NCBI GenBank assembly: GCA_973895155.1
Contig: OZ316892.1
Coordinates: forward strand, 4,238,510 to 4,302,509
Reading direction: 5' to 3'
Length of the DNA: 64,000 bases
Source: Marsupella aquatica
Lineage: Eukaryota > Plantae > Marchantiophyta
The position numbers were made by a program, and so were the translations under genes. Below the pieces are notes generated by a model. It made no database searches and had not been told where the DNA came from. It worked only from the letters and a program-made list of their open reading frames with translations. Each line of letters begins with the position of its first letter. The stretch's first letter is position 1. Positions 48,857 to 62,520 of the stretch are shown here, piece by piece.

Positions 48857-51403
48857 GCTGGTGGCCCCTCTGGCTATGTCTTTGAGCATTTTCGTGATTT
48901 ATTCCCCCCTGAGGATCCTTAGTCTGGTTTTACTGTTTTCTTCTCCTTTTGCCAGTGTATTGCTGCCGGCCGTTTGCCTCCTCCCGTCTCTCGGCTTTTG
49001 AGTGCTTCTCGTTTATTGGCCATGGCTAAGTCTTCACCGGGTGTTCGGCCCATAGCTATTGGAGAGGTTTTTCTTCGTCTGGTGTCTCGCGCACTTTCAT
49101 CGCAGTATCGCTCTGCACTATCGGATCATCTCTCTCCACATCAGTTTGCAGTGGGCGTTCCTGGCGGTTGTGAGACAGTTATTGCGGGTATTCGTACTAC
49201 CTTGGACCTCCACCCTGATTGGGTTGTCCTCCAGGTTGATGTCTCCAATGCTTTCAATATGGTTTCTCGGGTAGCAATTTTTCGTGCTTTGAGGGCAGCG
49301 GATCCAGACATCCAGTCCCTTATCCCCTTTGTCCATTGTTTTTATGGGTTCGAGGCCCCCCTCTTCTATAGTCATCACACCTCTACAGGAGCGTATACCA
49401 CTCTTTCTTCTGCAGAAGGTACACGTCAGGGTGACCCTTTGGGTGGGCCTCTTTTTGCCATTGCACATTTTACTGCTTTACGAGAAGCCTCCGCGGCCCA
49501 CCCCCAGTGTATCTTCCCCTCCCTTTCAGATGACACCCACATCATTGGTCCACCTGTTGCTGTTACTTCTGCCCTCGCCACCCTTTCCACCCATTTGTTG
49601 GGCCTCGGTTTACGAGTTCAGCCGGTGAAGAGTCGTGCATGGAGTCCAGCTGGGTTACCCTCTGATCTTGCGCTTCCCCCTGGGTTCTTACGTCCTACCG
49701 ACGGTCTTTGGGTCCTTGGCTCCCCAGTCGGTACCACCTCCTTTTGCTCATCTTTCATTGCTGACGCTCTCCAGGCTGCCTTAGCCCCTACTCCTATGCT
49801 CCCTAAGTTAGCAGACTCTCAGGCAGCATTTGGGTTGTTGTTGAGATGCATCCACCCTCGTGCGTCCTATTTGGCTCGGACACATCCCCCTACCGAGGAT
49901 CTTTATCTACACCTTCGAGCGTTTGATGTCTCCATTCGTGAGACTTTGGCCTCTCTTTTAGGGCCAGGTACTTTACTCTCATCTCCGTGGCTTCATCGAC
50001 AGCTCAGTCTTCCTATTTCTCACGGTGGTTTTGGGCTTACTTCCACTGAGCGCCTTGCACCTTTGGTCTTCTTGGGCGCGTGGGCAGCCGCCTTCTCATT
50101 GTTGGCTGATCGTTTCCTTACTGAGGATCGACCTTTTTTACTTTCATCCCTCATGGAGGTCGAGGAGGGTTCCCTCCCATTTCAGGTTCATTTGCGCACG
50201 GCGCGGTCATCATTACCCGATCCTGTTCGAGCTGCGTTACCTTCATTCCAAGAGTTTTTATCCTTGGACCCCGTCCGTCTTCAGGCAGACCTTGCTGGGC
50301 GTATGCACGCTTTCACCCTTTCCAGCATCCTCACCGAGGCACCTGACACGGACCGAGCTCGGATTCTTTCTTCTGGGGGAAAGGCGCAGGAGGCTGGCTT
50401 TAGGCCAATCCAGTCATTCCTCACCTGCGGATGTCTTCAGCGGAGTTTGCGACAGCCATGCATCTTCGTATGGGCTTGCCCCACCCACTTCTTGCTGGTT
50501 TACCTCCTACTTGCAGTTGTGGGAAGCCTTGTGATGCCACAGGTGTCCATCTTCTTCGATGCAGTTTGGGCGGCGAAACCATTTTTGTTCACGACGCTGT
50601 GAGAGATGCGACTGCTCAGGTTCTCTCTGGCTCTTTGGTCTGCGCGCGGCGGGAGGTGGTGCTCGAGTTACCTGGTCCTCCATCACAACGGTTACGGGTG
50701 GATCTTACCATGGTCCGTGACGGTCACCGTACTTTGGCAGATGTAGTGGTGGCAAACCCATTGTGCCAAGACATCATTGGGACAGCGGCAACAACGGCAG
50801 GGGCAGCAGCATCACGAGCAGCAACAACGAAGGAGGCCAAATATGCTGCACGAGCTTCATCTGATAGCTTCTTGCCCCTTGCTCTTGAGATATTTGGGCG
50901 TCTCCATCATCAGTTCAACGGGCTTCTTCGCCAAGCTGCTCGGGATGTTCACGGCCGGATGGGTCCCACCGGGCCCCCGCTATCTGTTTTGACCACGCAC
51001 TTTCGCCAACGCATTTCAGTCACCTTACAGCGTGCTCAAGCTCGGGCCGTCTATCGTCGATCTCTGACAGTGGGTGCTAGTGTGACTCCGCAGCGGCTAG
51101 CCCTCCTAGAGGACATTCCTGTCCCACTTGCCGATCTAGTTTCGACACTTGATGTAGACCACTAGCTTGTTGCCACATTTGCTAGGTATGATGAGGACCT
51201 CGGTCCATTTGCGGTAGTTTTAGTTACTCTTTCTTGGTTTTTAGGGGTTTCTTTTTGCTCATTTCTTTTAGTTCCTCTTTCTTGGTTTTTAGGGTTTCCT
51301 TTTGCTCACTTCTTTTGCGTTTGGTTTTGTTCACTTGGGACCTCTCTTGTTTATTCTTTTGTACTCTATTTGGCCTTTTCCTGTATAAAGTATGTGTATA
51401 TTT
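48857..51403 (+). mobile_element. CRE-clade non-LTR retrotransposon (RT + CCHC + restriction-like endonuclease), 5'-truncated, one frameshift at ~50380
   Basis: AGGPSG..FEHF, RPIAIGE, QFAVG, DVSNAFN, QGDPLGGPLF, LSDD, LGSPVG, GAGGWL.A.P, CSCG..CDATGVHLLRC, HDAV, RVDL, ADVVV, KEAKY, PLALEIFG. The 3' UTR contains a ~47-bp duplicated unit. Confidence 0.9.
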
Positions 51404-52499
51404 GTTTATTTTGAGTAATAGCACAAACCAAATCTTGAAGGCTCTTGGTTTTAGGGACTGGAGACAAATTCCTCTTTCATGACCCTCCTGTATGGTTTCC
51501 CCTTGTTTTCCCCTCTTTATTGTGTCTCTTACTTTGGGATCTTGTCTCCTGATTTGGTGCTATTTCTTCTTTGGCAGTGTAATATATATGCTCTCCTTTA
51601 ACTTCATACTGAACAAACAGGGTGAACCCAAAAGTGATGTTGGATTCTATCTTCATCTTTTGTCATCTAATAAATACACCTTGCACCAGAATTTGTCATC
51701 AACAAGCATAAAACCTGTTTTCCAGGCATTCTCCGTGACACGGTTGGCTTGGCCACCTTGTTGAACAATCGAAATTGTTGAGAAGTTCGATGAATTCAAT
51801 ACCATTCGCAATGGTGATTTTCGAAAGAGAAAGTCTATCCCCTAGGGAGCAGTGCAAGACCTGGAAAATAACAAAATAACTTGTAAAACAAAATGTATGA
51901 TATAATATTTTTTTTCTCAAAGAGATTCCATTCATAAGAAAACGAAAAGAATAAGGCACTCACAAATTCTTCCAGTTACCATTGGACTGAAAACCTTGGT
52001 TGAAGGGGTAACGTCTTATGTAGCTTACCTCTAAAACTCAAAAATAAGTGTTGCTTCATGATTGAGAGTATGTTCCAGGAGGTATACGACAAGAATGTGG
52101 GATCAATTTTGAAATGCCCCCTTCTCATCGCTTTTCCAACAACGAAGTAAACCTGATTACGTAGAAAGCTTCACCAAGAATCCTGTTTGACATTCGAAAC
52201 AAATAAAATTATATTGTTTCGAGTCTGCCTTTTCTACAAATGTTTACTGGCCATTGACTCCATCATCTTAAGAAATCTCGCTTTTCCATGGACTTTTCGA
52301 GAAAGAACATGTCTATGGAGATTTGGGTCCTTTTCTCTTGGCTTACAGATATAAGACATGACAAGAAAATGCACCTATTCTTTGTGTATGACACATTAGT
52401 AATGGAGCTCACTCTACAATCAAAGATGCCATGGTCAAGTGACAGCCAGGCTTTTCTTGCAGATAATACTATGGATAGCTCCAGGAACACTAACATTCT

Positions 52500-52985
52500 T
52501 CAGGATCTCAATGTCAAAAGAAATGATCGATATGATTAATATTGCAAAACCTTAATTGTGGGATTGGATTGTGTGATCGGATTCCCTGACTTATCTGCCA
52601 TGCTTTTAGTCTCTTTCTTTCTGTCCATTTTTTAGGATCTCAATGCCAAAAAGAAAACTCACTATTTCTATCATTCAGATGGCACAAAAATTGTGGGAGT
52701 AGATTCCCTGACGAACCTGCCAAGCATTAGTGTTTTCTCTTTTTATTTCTGTCCATATTTTAGGATCTCAATGTCAAGAGAAATGCCCCACATCATTCAG
52801 ATGGTAAACACTTGTGGTACTAGATTCCCTGACTAACCTGCCCAGCTTTAGCGTTCTCTCTCTTTCTTGCTCTGTCCATTTTCTAGGATCTCAATGTCAA
52901 AAGAAAATGCACTATATCAGTCAGATTGCAACTTGTGCCATTAGATTCCCTGACTAACCTGCCAAGGTTTTGGTTTTCTCTTTCT
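52500..52985. repeat. ~125-135-bp tandem array, 4 units
   Basis: Recurrent ggatctcaatg(t/c)caa..gaaa...gattccctgac...ctgcc. Confidence 0.85.
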
Positions 52986-54835
52986 CTCTCTTTCTCCCAT
53001 AAGAAACTAGTGGAATCCTAAACAAGTCTTAGAAGGTGGATGGTGCTTTCTAGTAAAATACTTTGGGTCAAGAACACTCCATTTCCTTACCACCTACCTG
53101 TGCCTCTGCTTCTCTTACATGTCCAGTGTAGAGCCTCAAACAATGGGTCCAACCTCTAAATTTACCAACCAATCCTCCATAATATGAACATGTAGTAGCT
53201 CCAATTGTTAAAACTAGCATGAATACCCGTGCACTTGCTTTCCATACCATAGTACATATGTCTCTCTACTCACAAGCATAGTTTAATATAAGGAAATGTT
53301 AAGAGTTATAATGGCCTCTGGTATAACACTCTGGAGATGGTAGACTCTAATCACAAATGATTTATGGACTCAACAAGAGACACAATAACAATGCCTCACA
53401 CTAAATTGACGCATTACATAATAGCTGTAGCAGGTTAGAAGACGAAGGAATGAATGAAAAACTTGCAGGCAAAGGGTAGCCATACACAAGAAGCAAAAGG
53501 TTGAGCACAAAGTAACCACTTCTAGAAGAAGTTTCTTCGTTCTACAGATTATCTACTTAGTATGACATACATATAAGCCCCCACTAAAATAAATTTCATC
53601 TCCTCCCCTTTGCTAAAGAACGAGTATCATATGGAGTGAACCCTGCATTTCCCTGTCCGCTGTGGACACACCGAATGAAGCCAAATGCCTATCAAAGTTC
53701 TCCAAAGTCCATACATTACATCTTCTATTATTTCGTGTCATTTCTGTATTCAAGTAATCTTGAGCAAGGCTATTTGCTGGATTTTTCTGGCAAGAGTGCA
53801 TGAGAACATTCATTCCCCAATTTCCATCTCACTTGAAAGACCTAGCCACTTTTGGCGGCCCTTTTTGTCTTAGACTAAATGATCATGTAACGCTAGCCAC
53901 CTTGGCCAATGGTCAGAAATCAATCTAAGATAATTCCATGAGGAATGTTTTTGGCATCTTCTCCTTCACATCCTATAACGTTAGCCGGCTTGGCCAAAAA
54001 GGGAAAAATCTTAAAAAATACCCTCGCTAGTGGTAGGCTGATAACCCTTACATTGAGAGCTAAACAACCTACAAATGGGGGATGGCAGCCTTTGTGCCAA
54101 CCACTAGACTCACCTTCTCCAAATCCCTCCTCTTACTAGTGCTGAAGCAGAGCCTCATTAGGTCACCCTATATCCCAACACATGTCATTAATAAGGGCAC
54201 GGACAATTTCCTCCATCCATGCCAATCTTTCGCCCATGAGTCACCATGTGAAATAGGCGCTGGTCATCTGGGTGCATATAAGATCCACTTTACACATAAT
54301 TATTGGCAGGGAATAATCTTGCTGTCTCTTTTCCTCTACCGAACAGATGCCTCTGGATTCTGGCACCACAAGTTGTCTCTGGCGTTTGTGTGCTTGCTAT
54401 GTATGTTGCTGTCCTCCCTTGGTTTCGTTGAGGCCCTCACAGATGGAGGTGGGTGACTGGGTACCATTAGTGTCAAGCAACTTACTCTGTTACTTGCCTT
54501 TTACCATAGGTCCATCTCAGTTCACGCAGATTCAGTGTGAAATAAAATAAGGAAATATCCAAATTAATTTTCAGAAATGTACTACTCCCTCCAACCTAGC
54601 AACCTAGGACCAGGTCACTGTTGACCATGTACATATGGATTCGCTTTTACTAAGGAAGAATGCTATCTGAGTACATAAATGTATTTTAGCAGTCCATCTG
54701 GGTTTACCCTAGTTCATCTAGTCATGTCTTTGAACATTTAGGTCCATGGGGCTTCACTTTTGAAGCAGGGCAATTCCAATATCTTATTCTCCTGTTTTTG
54801 ATTTCAATCCTAAAACTACTCTGTAGACTGAAAAT

Positions 54836-55004
54836 CAGAGGGATTTGCTCTATGGGACCGCAAAATGAAACCTATTACTTGATAGGTCCCCTGAGTGTAT
54901 TACTGATCCAGATTGTTGATTGACTTAAATCAATTTACCCAAAATTTCAGGGGTTTGTCAAATAACTCAATTCATTTTGGGTCCCATGAAGCAAATCACT
55001 CCTG
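54836..55004. mobile_element. MITE-like element with ~33-bp imperfect TIRs
   Basis: cagagggatttgctctatgggaccgcaaaatgaa versus ttcattttgggtcccatgaagcaaatcactcctg, with AAAAT on both flanks. Confidence 0.65.
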
Positions 55005-58000
55005 AAAATTATGTGTTTGCATTACATTGCTACGAAGATACGTCGAAGATTCTATAAATTTACATAAGAAAATTCTTTATTCTTTCAAAGGCTTCTTTTC
55101 CATCTTGAAATAATTTAATCATTATTTAGCGACTGTGCGAACTGGTATGACACTAGGGAAAAAGACGTGTGGTGTAATTCTCACTTTTTCTGTGGGGGGG
55201 AGGACGGAGTTAAAGGGAATACTGGACACGAGCTATAGGCTAGCTAGCAAAGGAGGGGAGTAGCTGTCTTGCACAGCATCAAATGCTGCAAACAGCAAGG
55301 AGGCTGTCAGGTTGTTGGCCTGGGTTTTGTTAGGGCATATGGAAACCGGAGCCTGGGCGAAAAATCACAAACAACAAAGGTGAAAACGAAAGGTGGTAAG
55401 CTTTCTAGTCAAGCTGGTAAATTAGGTCCAACTAAGCAGGTGGAGAATGTTCCCTACTTCCCACTAAAGAGATGCTTAACCCACCCTGGGGACATGGCGA
55501 CATCGTCCTCTTGCAACACTTGCAAGCTCAGCAGCAATGCATGTCTTACGCTTCATAACAAGAGCAATAAATGAGAAATGTGTGCACCCCCAATTCAGGG
55601 GCCTACGAAGACTCAATCGAATCTCCCATAAATCCACAAGCATGTAAACCACAAGGGTGACATGCGTGTTTCACATGGGCCATGGAACTTTGAACTTCAC
55701 ACTGCTGTAAACTAAACTGGACCAATAATGAGAATAAAATAATAATCGGGATGGGGGCCTAAATTTAGCTCTGGGTGGGTGAGAAGTTTGTTTGTGAGCA
55801 CAATTTAGCACGCAAGCAGGCTTTTCCAATAAATTGGGCTCTGAATTCTGTCGCTTATGAACGACTAAAATCTCGTTTGACTGAAATGTTTAGTTGAATT
55901 ATGAGCGTCCCATTATTAAGTGTTCCAAGAGAGAAGGGGACGGTGCCGCTAAAATGAATGCACGACTTATTATTATAACTGGACTCCATAACCGCTCATC
56001 AACCAAACCAGATTGTCAGTGACCGACAATCTATCTGTTTTTACTCCTCCGTATTCTTATTTTGCCCAAGTACGAGGCTCAATCAAATAAGGCTTTGGTT
56101 TACTATTTCCTCAACTTTGACCCTTTGTTTTTGTTTTCTTGCTTGAAGAATATGCTTTGTCAACACGAACGAAATTCCGAGGGACGACAGCTTTTCCTAT
56201 GGACAAGCATGGAAACTTGCATTAATATTGTTGCTTTCCGCCGTCTTGATCATGCCTGCATTTGGGGGAGGCATTGCAGTTTGCAGCTATGGTTGCCTTG
56301 GATGTCCATGAACATCAAAATAACTTAGGAGGTACAATGGTCACCCTTTGAGTCTATTGGGTCTCCCACTCTATACTCCTGATCTATGTTTATAAATCTT
56401 GAATTTCCAATACAGAAATTTGAGTCACCATAGTCTCCACCTTGTGACGCCCCGTGCAACTTGTTGGGCTGCTTAGGTGAGGGAAACCCCACATTCTTAA
56501 AACGAGAAGTAAGAGTTCAAAACACCCACAAAATGGCCAAACTGGAACCAACAAATTACACACACGAATGCTGAATGGAAAGATCCACTGTTCTAAGTGA
56601 AAATGAATGATTTTGGGAGAAGGAAAATGAAAACAACCAGCATTACACTGTTTGGGGGCTTTTTGCCCGTGTGTGTGTGGGCAATAAAGATTTTTGGGCT
56701 TGGGTAAAGAAACCCTCAGTATATTCTCACTTTTTTGACTAAATTTGTGACTTCCAATGCTACAAAACACGTGATGTGGAACTATATCTTCAATGTTTTT
56801 TAGTGAAAAATATTGCCCTCGAGTTGGAGTCAGGAATACAAAAGGAATTCGGTCACCTTTCTTAGACCAGAAAAAGGAGCATCAACTGCGAGACTTTTTT
56901 AATCAAATAATACCACCAAGATCAGAGGGAAGTATAAAAAAGAAAGAGTAGCGAGCATCATCCGGTACAGTACTCTACTCTACTCTACTCTGGGAAAGAG
57001 ACCAGAGAAAGAGGGGGCACGGAGATCAATCATGTAAACAGTGGTGTAGCCAGTGTAGTAATTAATTAGGTACCCTTGGGAAATGACCAGAGGAAGAGGG
57101 GGCACGGAGATCAATCATCAGACTCCATTGGGTGAAGACAAAGCGAGGAAGAGTAGTTAGTAGCCCAACAAAATAATACGCAAACTAGGGTAATTTTTAA
57201 GCTTTGCTAGTTTAGCCAAGCCGGCAAATGTCACCTGGTATGAATGACAAGATGCTCAAAGTATTCGTTGTGTAATCCCTAGATTAATCCTTGACCACTA
57301 GATCTCCCTAAATTTCAGGATGACCATCAGATTCTCGGTAATGGGTCTGAGTCTAGGCGATAATTTGACTAATCCAAGACGAATGGATCGAGAGTTTTTG
57401 TCAAAGTTGCGAAGACTTTGCAGTGCGGTGGAATTTGGGGAATTCTTACCACACACAAAAACCGCTGGATAGAGAGAGAGAGAAGGAGGATGATAAAGCC
57501 TCCCCACACGGTGACACGGGAGGGGAGAGGTATCGAACTTGATGTGCATACGATAAGAGAAAGCTGCCCATTAATATATGGGTTGGGGAGGGTGCCATGA
57601 ATCCATGGGACTAGGCAGAGGGGGCTGGCACATGGCGTGGCCCCTCAGTGGAGTGTGTCATAAGGCGTGTACCTATTTACCAGCTAGAGAGAGAACGAAT
57701 TGATCATGAGAGAGATTAGCCAAAAGCAGGAAAATGCTTAGGGTCATAATTGCTGGGGTCAGCTAGAGAGGTAGAGAGAGAGAGAGAGCGGAGGCATCAC
57801 CAAATAAAAGTAGCACTTGATTCGGGGCCCATCCGCACAAAGTCTGACTGACAGACAGACACATAGAGAGAGAAGAGTGAGTGTATATTTAAGATTAATA
57901 AATCTACCCCATCACTACCAAATGGAGAAATTGTTGAACGCAATCCATGATCTTGATACAACTTCTACACCATCCATAATCTTTACTCGCCTGGCTGTCT

Positions 58001-58965
58001 GCAACTACCCATCCGTTGCACATAAGTAGAGGGGAGGCTTGAATTGGGTCCATTGATCCTCACCCAACTCTGGCCCTGCCCCAAAAGTTACTTCTAGACG
58101 CTTCACCATAGTACATCGGTCCTAACTATTAGCTTCATATTCCGATCGATTACTAGGTAGATACAGCTGCTTGAATGAGGGTTGGATGCCTGGCTTCCTT
58201 GGACGGAGTTTCCCTTCAGCCTTTTGCACACAAAAAAACTGCTGACATGAGTTACCGATGTAAGAATCTGCGTATCCATCGCCTGCTCTATCTTAGTGGG
58301 GTTTTCTCTTGCAGGGGGGCAAAGAGGAACCGCCACGGCCAATATTCCAGGAAGTAGGCCAAAGGGCTCAGCCTAGGAAAATCCCAATGATCAGCACAAC
58401 TGCTTTGATTCCATGCCATAGCTAGCATGATGAAATGATGAAGATGATGACCCTTCAAATAGCTTGCATGCAGCTTTCCTAGCAACAATGATTATTAACG
58501 AAGCAGTTGAGTTGCAGATTGTATGTGGATTGTTGGAGGCCAGGTTGTAGGCTACATTTCAATTTTCAACATCCGTCAAAAAAGTCTTCTTGCAATAAAT
58601 CCCAGAAGTCGCAAGGATGAATTACCATTGCCCTTCGTAAGTTTTTGAGAAGACTAGTGATACAGCCTACAGCCGGATTCCCAAAATTCATTTTGTATAG
58701 AGATTTCGTTTGGCTTTATGATTTAAAATAATGTTCCTTTACCCTCTTATTGTCATCCCATCGCATGCCATCCCACCCCCTCACTTCTATGAAATGAATG
58801 CAGCATACCGTCAACTATAAAGCACCAAAGTACGTCTTTAAACCATAAATGAGTGCAACACACTAAATCTACCATTTGCAAAAAGGTGTTATATTACAAG
58901 TGGAACAATACGCACCACTTGAGGGGGTATGACGCATTTTTTTTTAAACTCAAAAGCCCGAAACA

Positions 58966-59040
58966 GGTGGTGCAGCTCAAGTGGCCAGAGCATGGGGAGC
59001 TGGACCAGGAAATCTGAGGTTCAATTCCACCACTCTCACT
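58966..59040 (+). mobile_element. tRNA-like SINE head or tRNA pseudogene
   Basis: A-box-like AGCTCAAGTGG and B-box GGTTCAATTCC with tRNA-like spacing, but no clean cloverleaf. Confidence 0.5.
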
Positions 59041-60639
59041 GTAGAGGAGGGGGCATTTGTCTGGATGGGTGGTATCTTGCTGCAGGTGCTTTATTGCCTT
59101 GTCTGTCTGCAACATACTCCCTGTCGAAGGCATTTCACACCAATTCCTTAGCTATTGGTTGCTACTCAGTAGGGTTTGCAACTACAGGATTCTAGTGTGC
59201 TTTTTGGCTCTTGACCTCTTTGGCATGCCTAGGTTTTCTCCATGTTTCTCCCCTATAGTGGTTCTTTCACCTATGGGATCCTCTCGCCAGCTATGGCTCT
59301 TTCTGTTGTTCGACAGTTTGATACAACCCAGTCGAAACTATATAAACTATATGTTCCAGAGCCCTTACTTAGGGTAGGCTTCTAGACCTAGTGTAATATG
59401 GAGTTTGGTTTACGGAAATGGCGATGATAATATATTCACATCTATTTAGATTGAATGAAGAAACCCTCCGGTTAGTGACAACTATGATAGTGTTGTGAAG
59501 CAAGGCGTTGTGATTAACCTCATATTTCTATTAGGCAGGTCTGTAATGTTGACTAGTTTGGGGGACAGGAAAATAAAACACGTTAGTGCCAACACTAATA
59601 ACGGCGAGGAGCAGTAACCCCTCTTTTTATAGAAGTTGCAGCTTCGAAAGGAGTCTGCTCCCTGCCCGCGTTCTGACAACGTAAGGACGCCATCTTTAAC
59701 ATCCAAGTAATACGGAACAGGGGTCAGGAATATTTCCGCCCTCGGGCAGGCGAGGTCGAGACGGGACGGACATTATTATTGTACCGCGCCTGCGATGGAG
59801 GCACTGATTATTAACTGCCCGTAACTCGACCCGTCCTTTGGCCCGCTCGCAGCGCACCGGGTACGCCGACGAAGGAACTGGGAATCCCGTCCCTTGTACG
59901 CATGGCCCGCCGCCTCGAGTCTGACACCGCGCCGAAACCTGCGGTGTCCCGTGACAGGACCAGGTCTTGGTTCCGTAACTAGAGACGACGCCGGGGCAGG
60001 CAGACGGTCAGCAGGCAAGCGGGCGGGGAGCGGGGGGCCACCGGGCAGGAAGGCTGTTGCGTATGCAGTATACGTCTGCCGACTTTTTTCCTCAGAGTAG
60101 TACATTTCTTTAACAAATGACGAGGAATAACGCATAAGAACACGGACTTGTTGTTTGCATTCTCCTGTGATCATTTCTTAGGGTTAAAAGCAATGTGCAG
60201 ATAGAAACGGAGAGATTGGTCAGTATTTTCTTTAAATGGTTATGACAAAAAGGGAAGGACCATATTTTATGCTATACAAACAAAGTATAATAAAGGGCAA
60301 ACAAAAGAGGGACAAACACCTTACACTAGAAAGGAGGCAAAGGCAACCCCGAAACTGAGGAAGAAGGAGAAGAAAAATGGGAAAATGAGCTATCAGTTCA
60401 CTACTGTAGTCACATTGAGTTTAAAAGCAATCTGTGGATAGAAAAGTCACTCTTTAGATGAGGTAGATCAGAAGTTTTTAGGAGTTTGATGTCAGATTTC
60501 TTAGTTGTTTATCATTTTAGAAAATGATGGAAGGCTAGAATATTGTTCCTCTGTGGTCAATTTTTGAAACACCGAATTGGGTGAAAAGTAAATGCTTACA
60601 AGATAATTGTCAGGATGTTTATGAAAACTTTAATGACAG

Positions 60640-61330
60640 AATTCTTTCGAACTTACACAAGGACAGAAAATATTTTAGAATGGCCTTCCTTCCTGCGTGG
60701 CACCTGAAGCTGGGCCTGCATTGCTGCAGAATATTTATCAAATAAACGGGTGTGATTTCAGTATCTCCCCAAACTACTGTATGATTATTTACATTAGGAC
60801 TAGGTTGTGAGGCAACGCGAGAATATTTAATTGTAAAAACTGGGCCCATACCGAAAAGGCACGTTTACTCCAGGATGCTCTAGGTATTTCTTCAATTTTA
60901 ATGGTCAAGGTTCTACAAGGACCCGAAATATTCCCTAGACGGCCTTCTTTCCTTGTTTGCACTTGAAGCCGGGGCTGCTATCTATTTCACACGAAGTGGT
61001 ATAATTCCAGTGCGTGCACGAAACAATAATGATTATTATTATTATCTACACTATGATATAGTTGAAGGCTAGAATCTCACTGTAGTTTCTAAAACAATGT
61101 ATACATTGAAAAGTCATTGTTTCCTCCGGGATGCTCACAATATATCGTAAAATTGACATGACAAAATGTTTCACAAGGACCCCAAAATCCATTGCGAATG
61201 GCCTTCCTCCGTGCAATCGAAGCGGAGGCTGGGGCTGCACCATGTATGTCACACGTAATGGTATAAATCCAATGTCGGCAGAGAAGAATAATTATGTACA
61301 CGAGGAAATGGCTCAACCTGCATACAGTGA
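60640..61330. repeat. Diverged ~260-bp tandem triplication upstream of the ERF gene
   Basis: acaaggac...ggccttc...gaagc..gg..ctgc at ~60657-60720, 60916-60980 and 61173-61240. Confidence 0.65.
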
Positions 61331-61439
61331 AAAGTCAGTGTTTAAACCCTGATCTCAGAATATCGAACAACGGTTTAGCAGTAGGACAGGAAAGTAAATA
61401 GTTCCGGGCGTCCTGGTAATTGAAGTTGAACCTGTGACT

Positions 61440-62520
61440 ACAGTACGGAAGTGTGTATGTCAGGTGACGTGGTATACCGTAGTCTCAGTGCCCGCGCCCT
61501 GCGCTTGCTGCCCGGCAGCCCGTCCGCCCACTCACTCGCCCGAGCCCGCCCCCTCGGCCCGCCATCACCATGCCTTGGCGTCCTCAGAGGGCGGGGCAGC
61601 GGGGCCCGCCGCAAGTAGGCTCGTCATCCTCCCACCTTTCCGTCGCCACGCCCGACTCGCTATATTGCCTCTCCCCCCTTGTCTCCTCAGCACTCTTTCT
61701 CCCTCCCTCTCTCACTCTCTCCGTCCGCCCCTGTCTCCCCTCCCCGTCACGCCCACAGACAGCGCACCGCGCATCATCGAACAGTTCACCAACACCCCTC
61801 CTCCGCCTTCATTTCATTCTCCGCTGCCACCATCCTTCTCCATTCCGTCGTCGTCGCACGAGACTCGCACGAGACGGTCGACCACGATTCTCCCGAGACA
61901 CTCCTTCGTCGAGGTTTCACTGCGGGATCGTTGGTCCCTCGGAGCAGATTTGGTTCTACAATTCGAAGGAGAAGAGGGAAGAGGAAAGGGATTATAGGTC
62001 CGTGAGTTGTGTGGCGTTTTTCTTAGATCGTGAGCGGATTCGGTTTGAGGAGCGGCGGTGTTAATCGTCGAACGATTTTGGGGGACGAGAGAGGACTCTT
62101 TGTCCAGGGCTCGATCATTCCGGCGAGTGCGATCACGAGGATTGCAAGTGTGCAGATGTGCGGATTCCAAGGGTGTTAATGAGACGGTTGGTCCGGGTTT
62201 TGGTCTCGTGGATCGCGGGAGGTGGAGATTTAGGAGGATTCATTCGTTCGGACGACCGCGCGCTAGTTTTGCAGAGTCGGTTGTAGAGAAGTAGGATCCT
62301 GGCAGCGCCGGCTGCTTAAATTTTGTTACCCTGTCTGCTCCAACATTCGTAGTCTCTTATCGGCCGTAGTGACCACAAAGGACGGTCGGGACGCATTCGA
62401 GATTTCGCATCTGTTGCTAGGTGAATTCTCGTAGAGCACTGCATAGGACGAGGCTAGGACTAGAAGGCCAGGTTGCAAGGATTCCCTTCGCATCGCTGCT
62501 GCCCTCCCACTTTTGACATT
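61440..62520 (+). promoter_or_regulatory. GC/CpG-rich promoter and long 5' leader of the ERF gene
   Basis: ACGT-core element tgacgtgg (~61465), GC-rich stretch and CT-rich Y-patch (61660-61850) directly upstream of the CDS. Confidence 0.5.

Noticed and set aside
58187-58207. tgcctggcttcc resembling miR160
   Set aside because: The 3' half diverges and no fold-back is evident.
58966-59040. Functional tRNA gene
   Set aside because: A and B boxes are present but the acceptor and anticodon stems do not pair convincingly; treated as SINE-like.
61434-62294. 100-190-codon ORFs upstream of the ERF
   Set aside because: GC-rich promoter/leader shadow ORFs with low-complexity translations and no domain.
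62473-62520. TTG-started N-terminal extension of the ERF from the ORF track
   Set aside because: Eukaryotic gene; the first in-frame ATG is at 62521.
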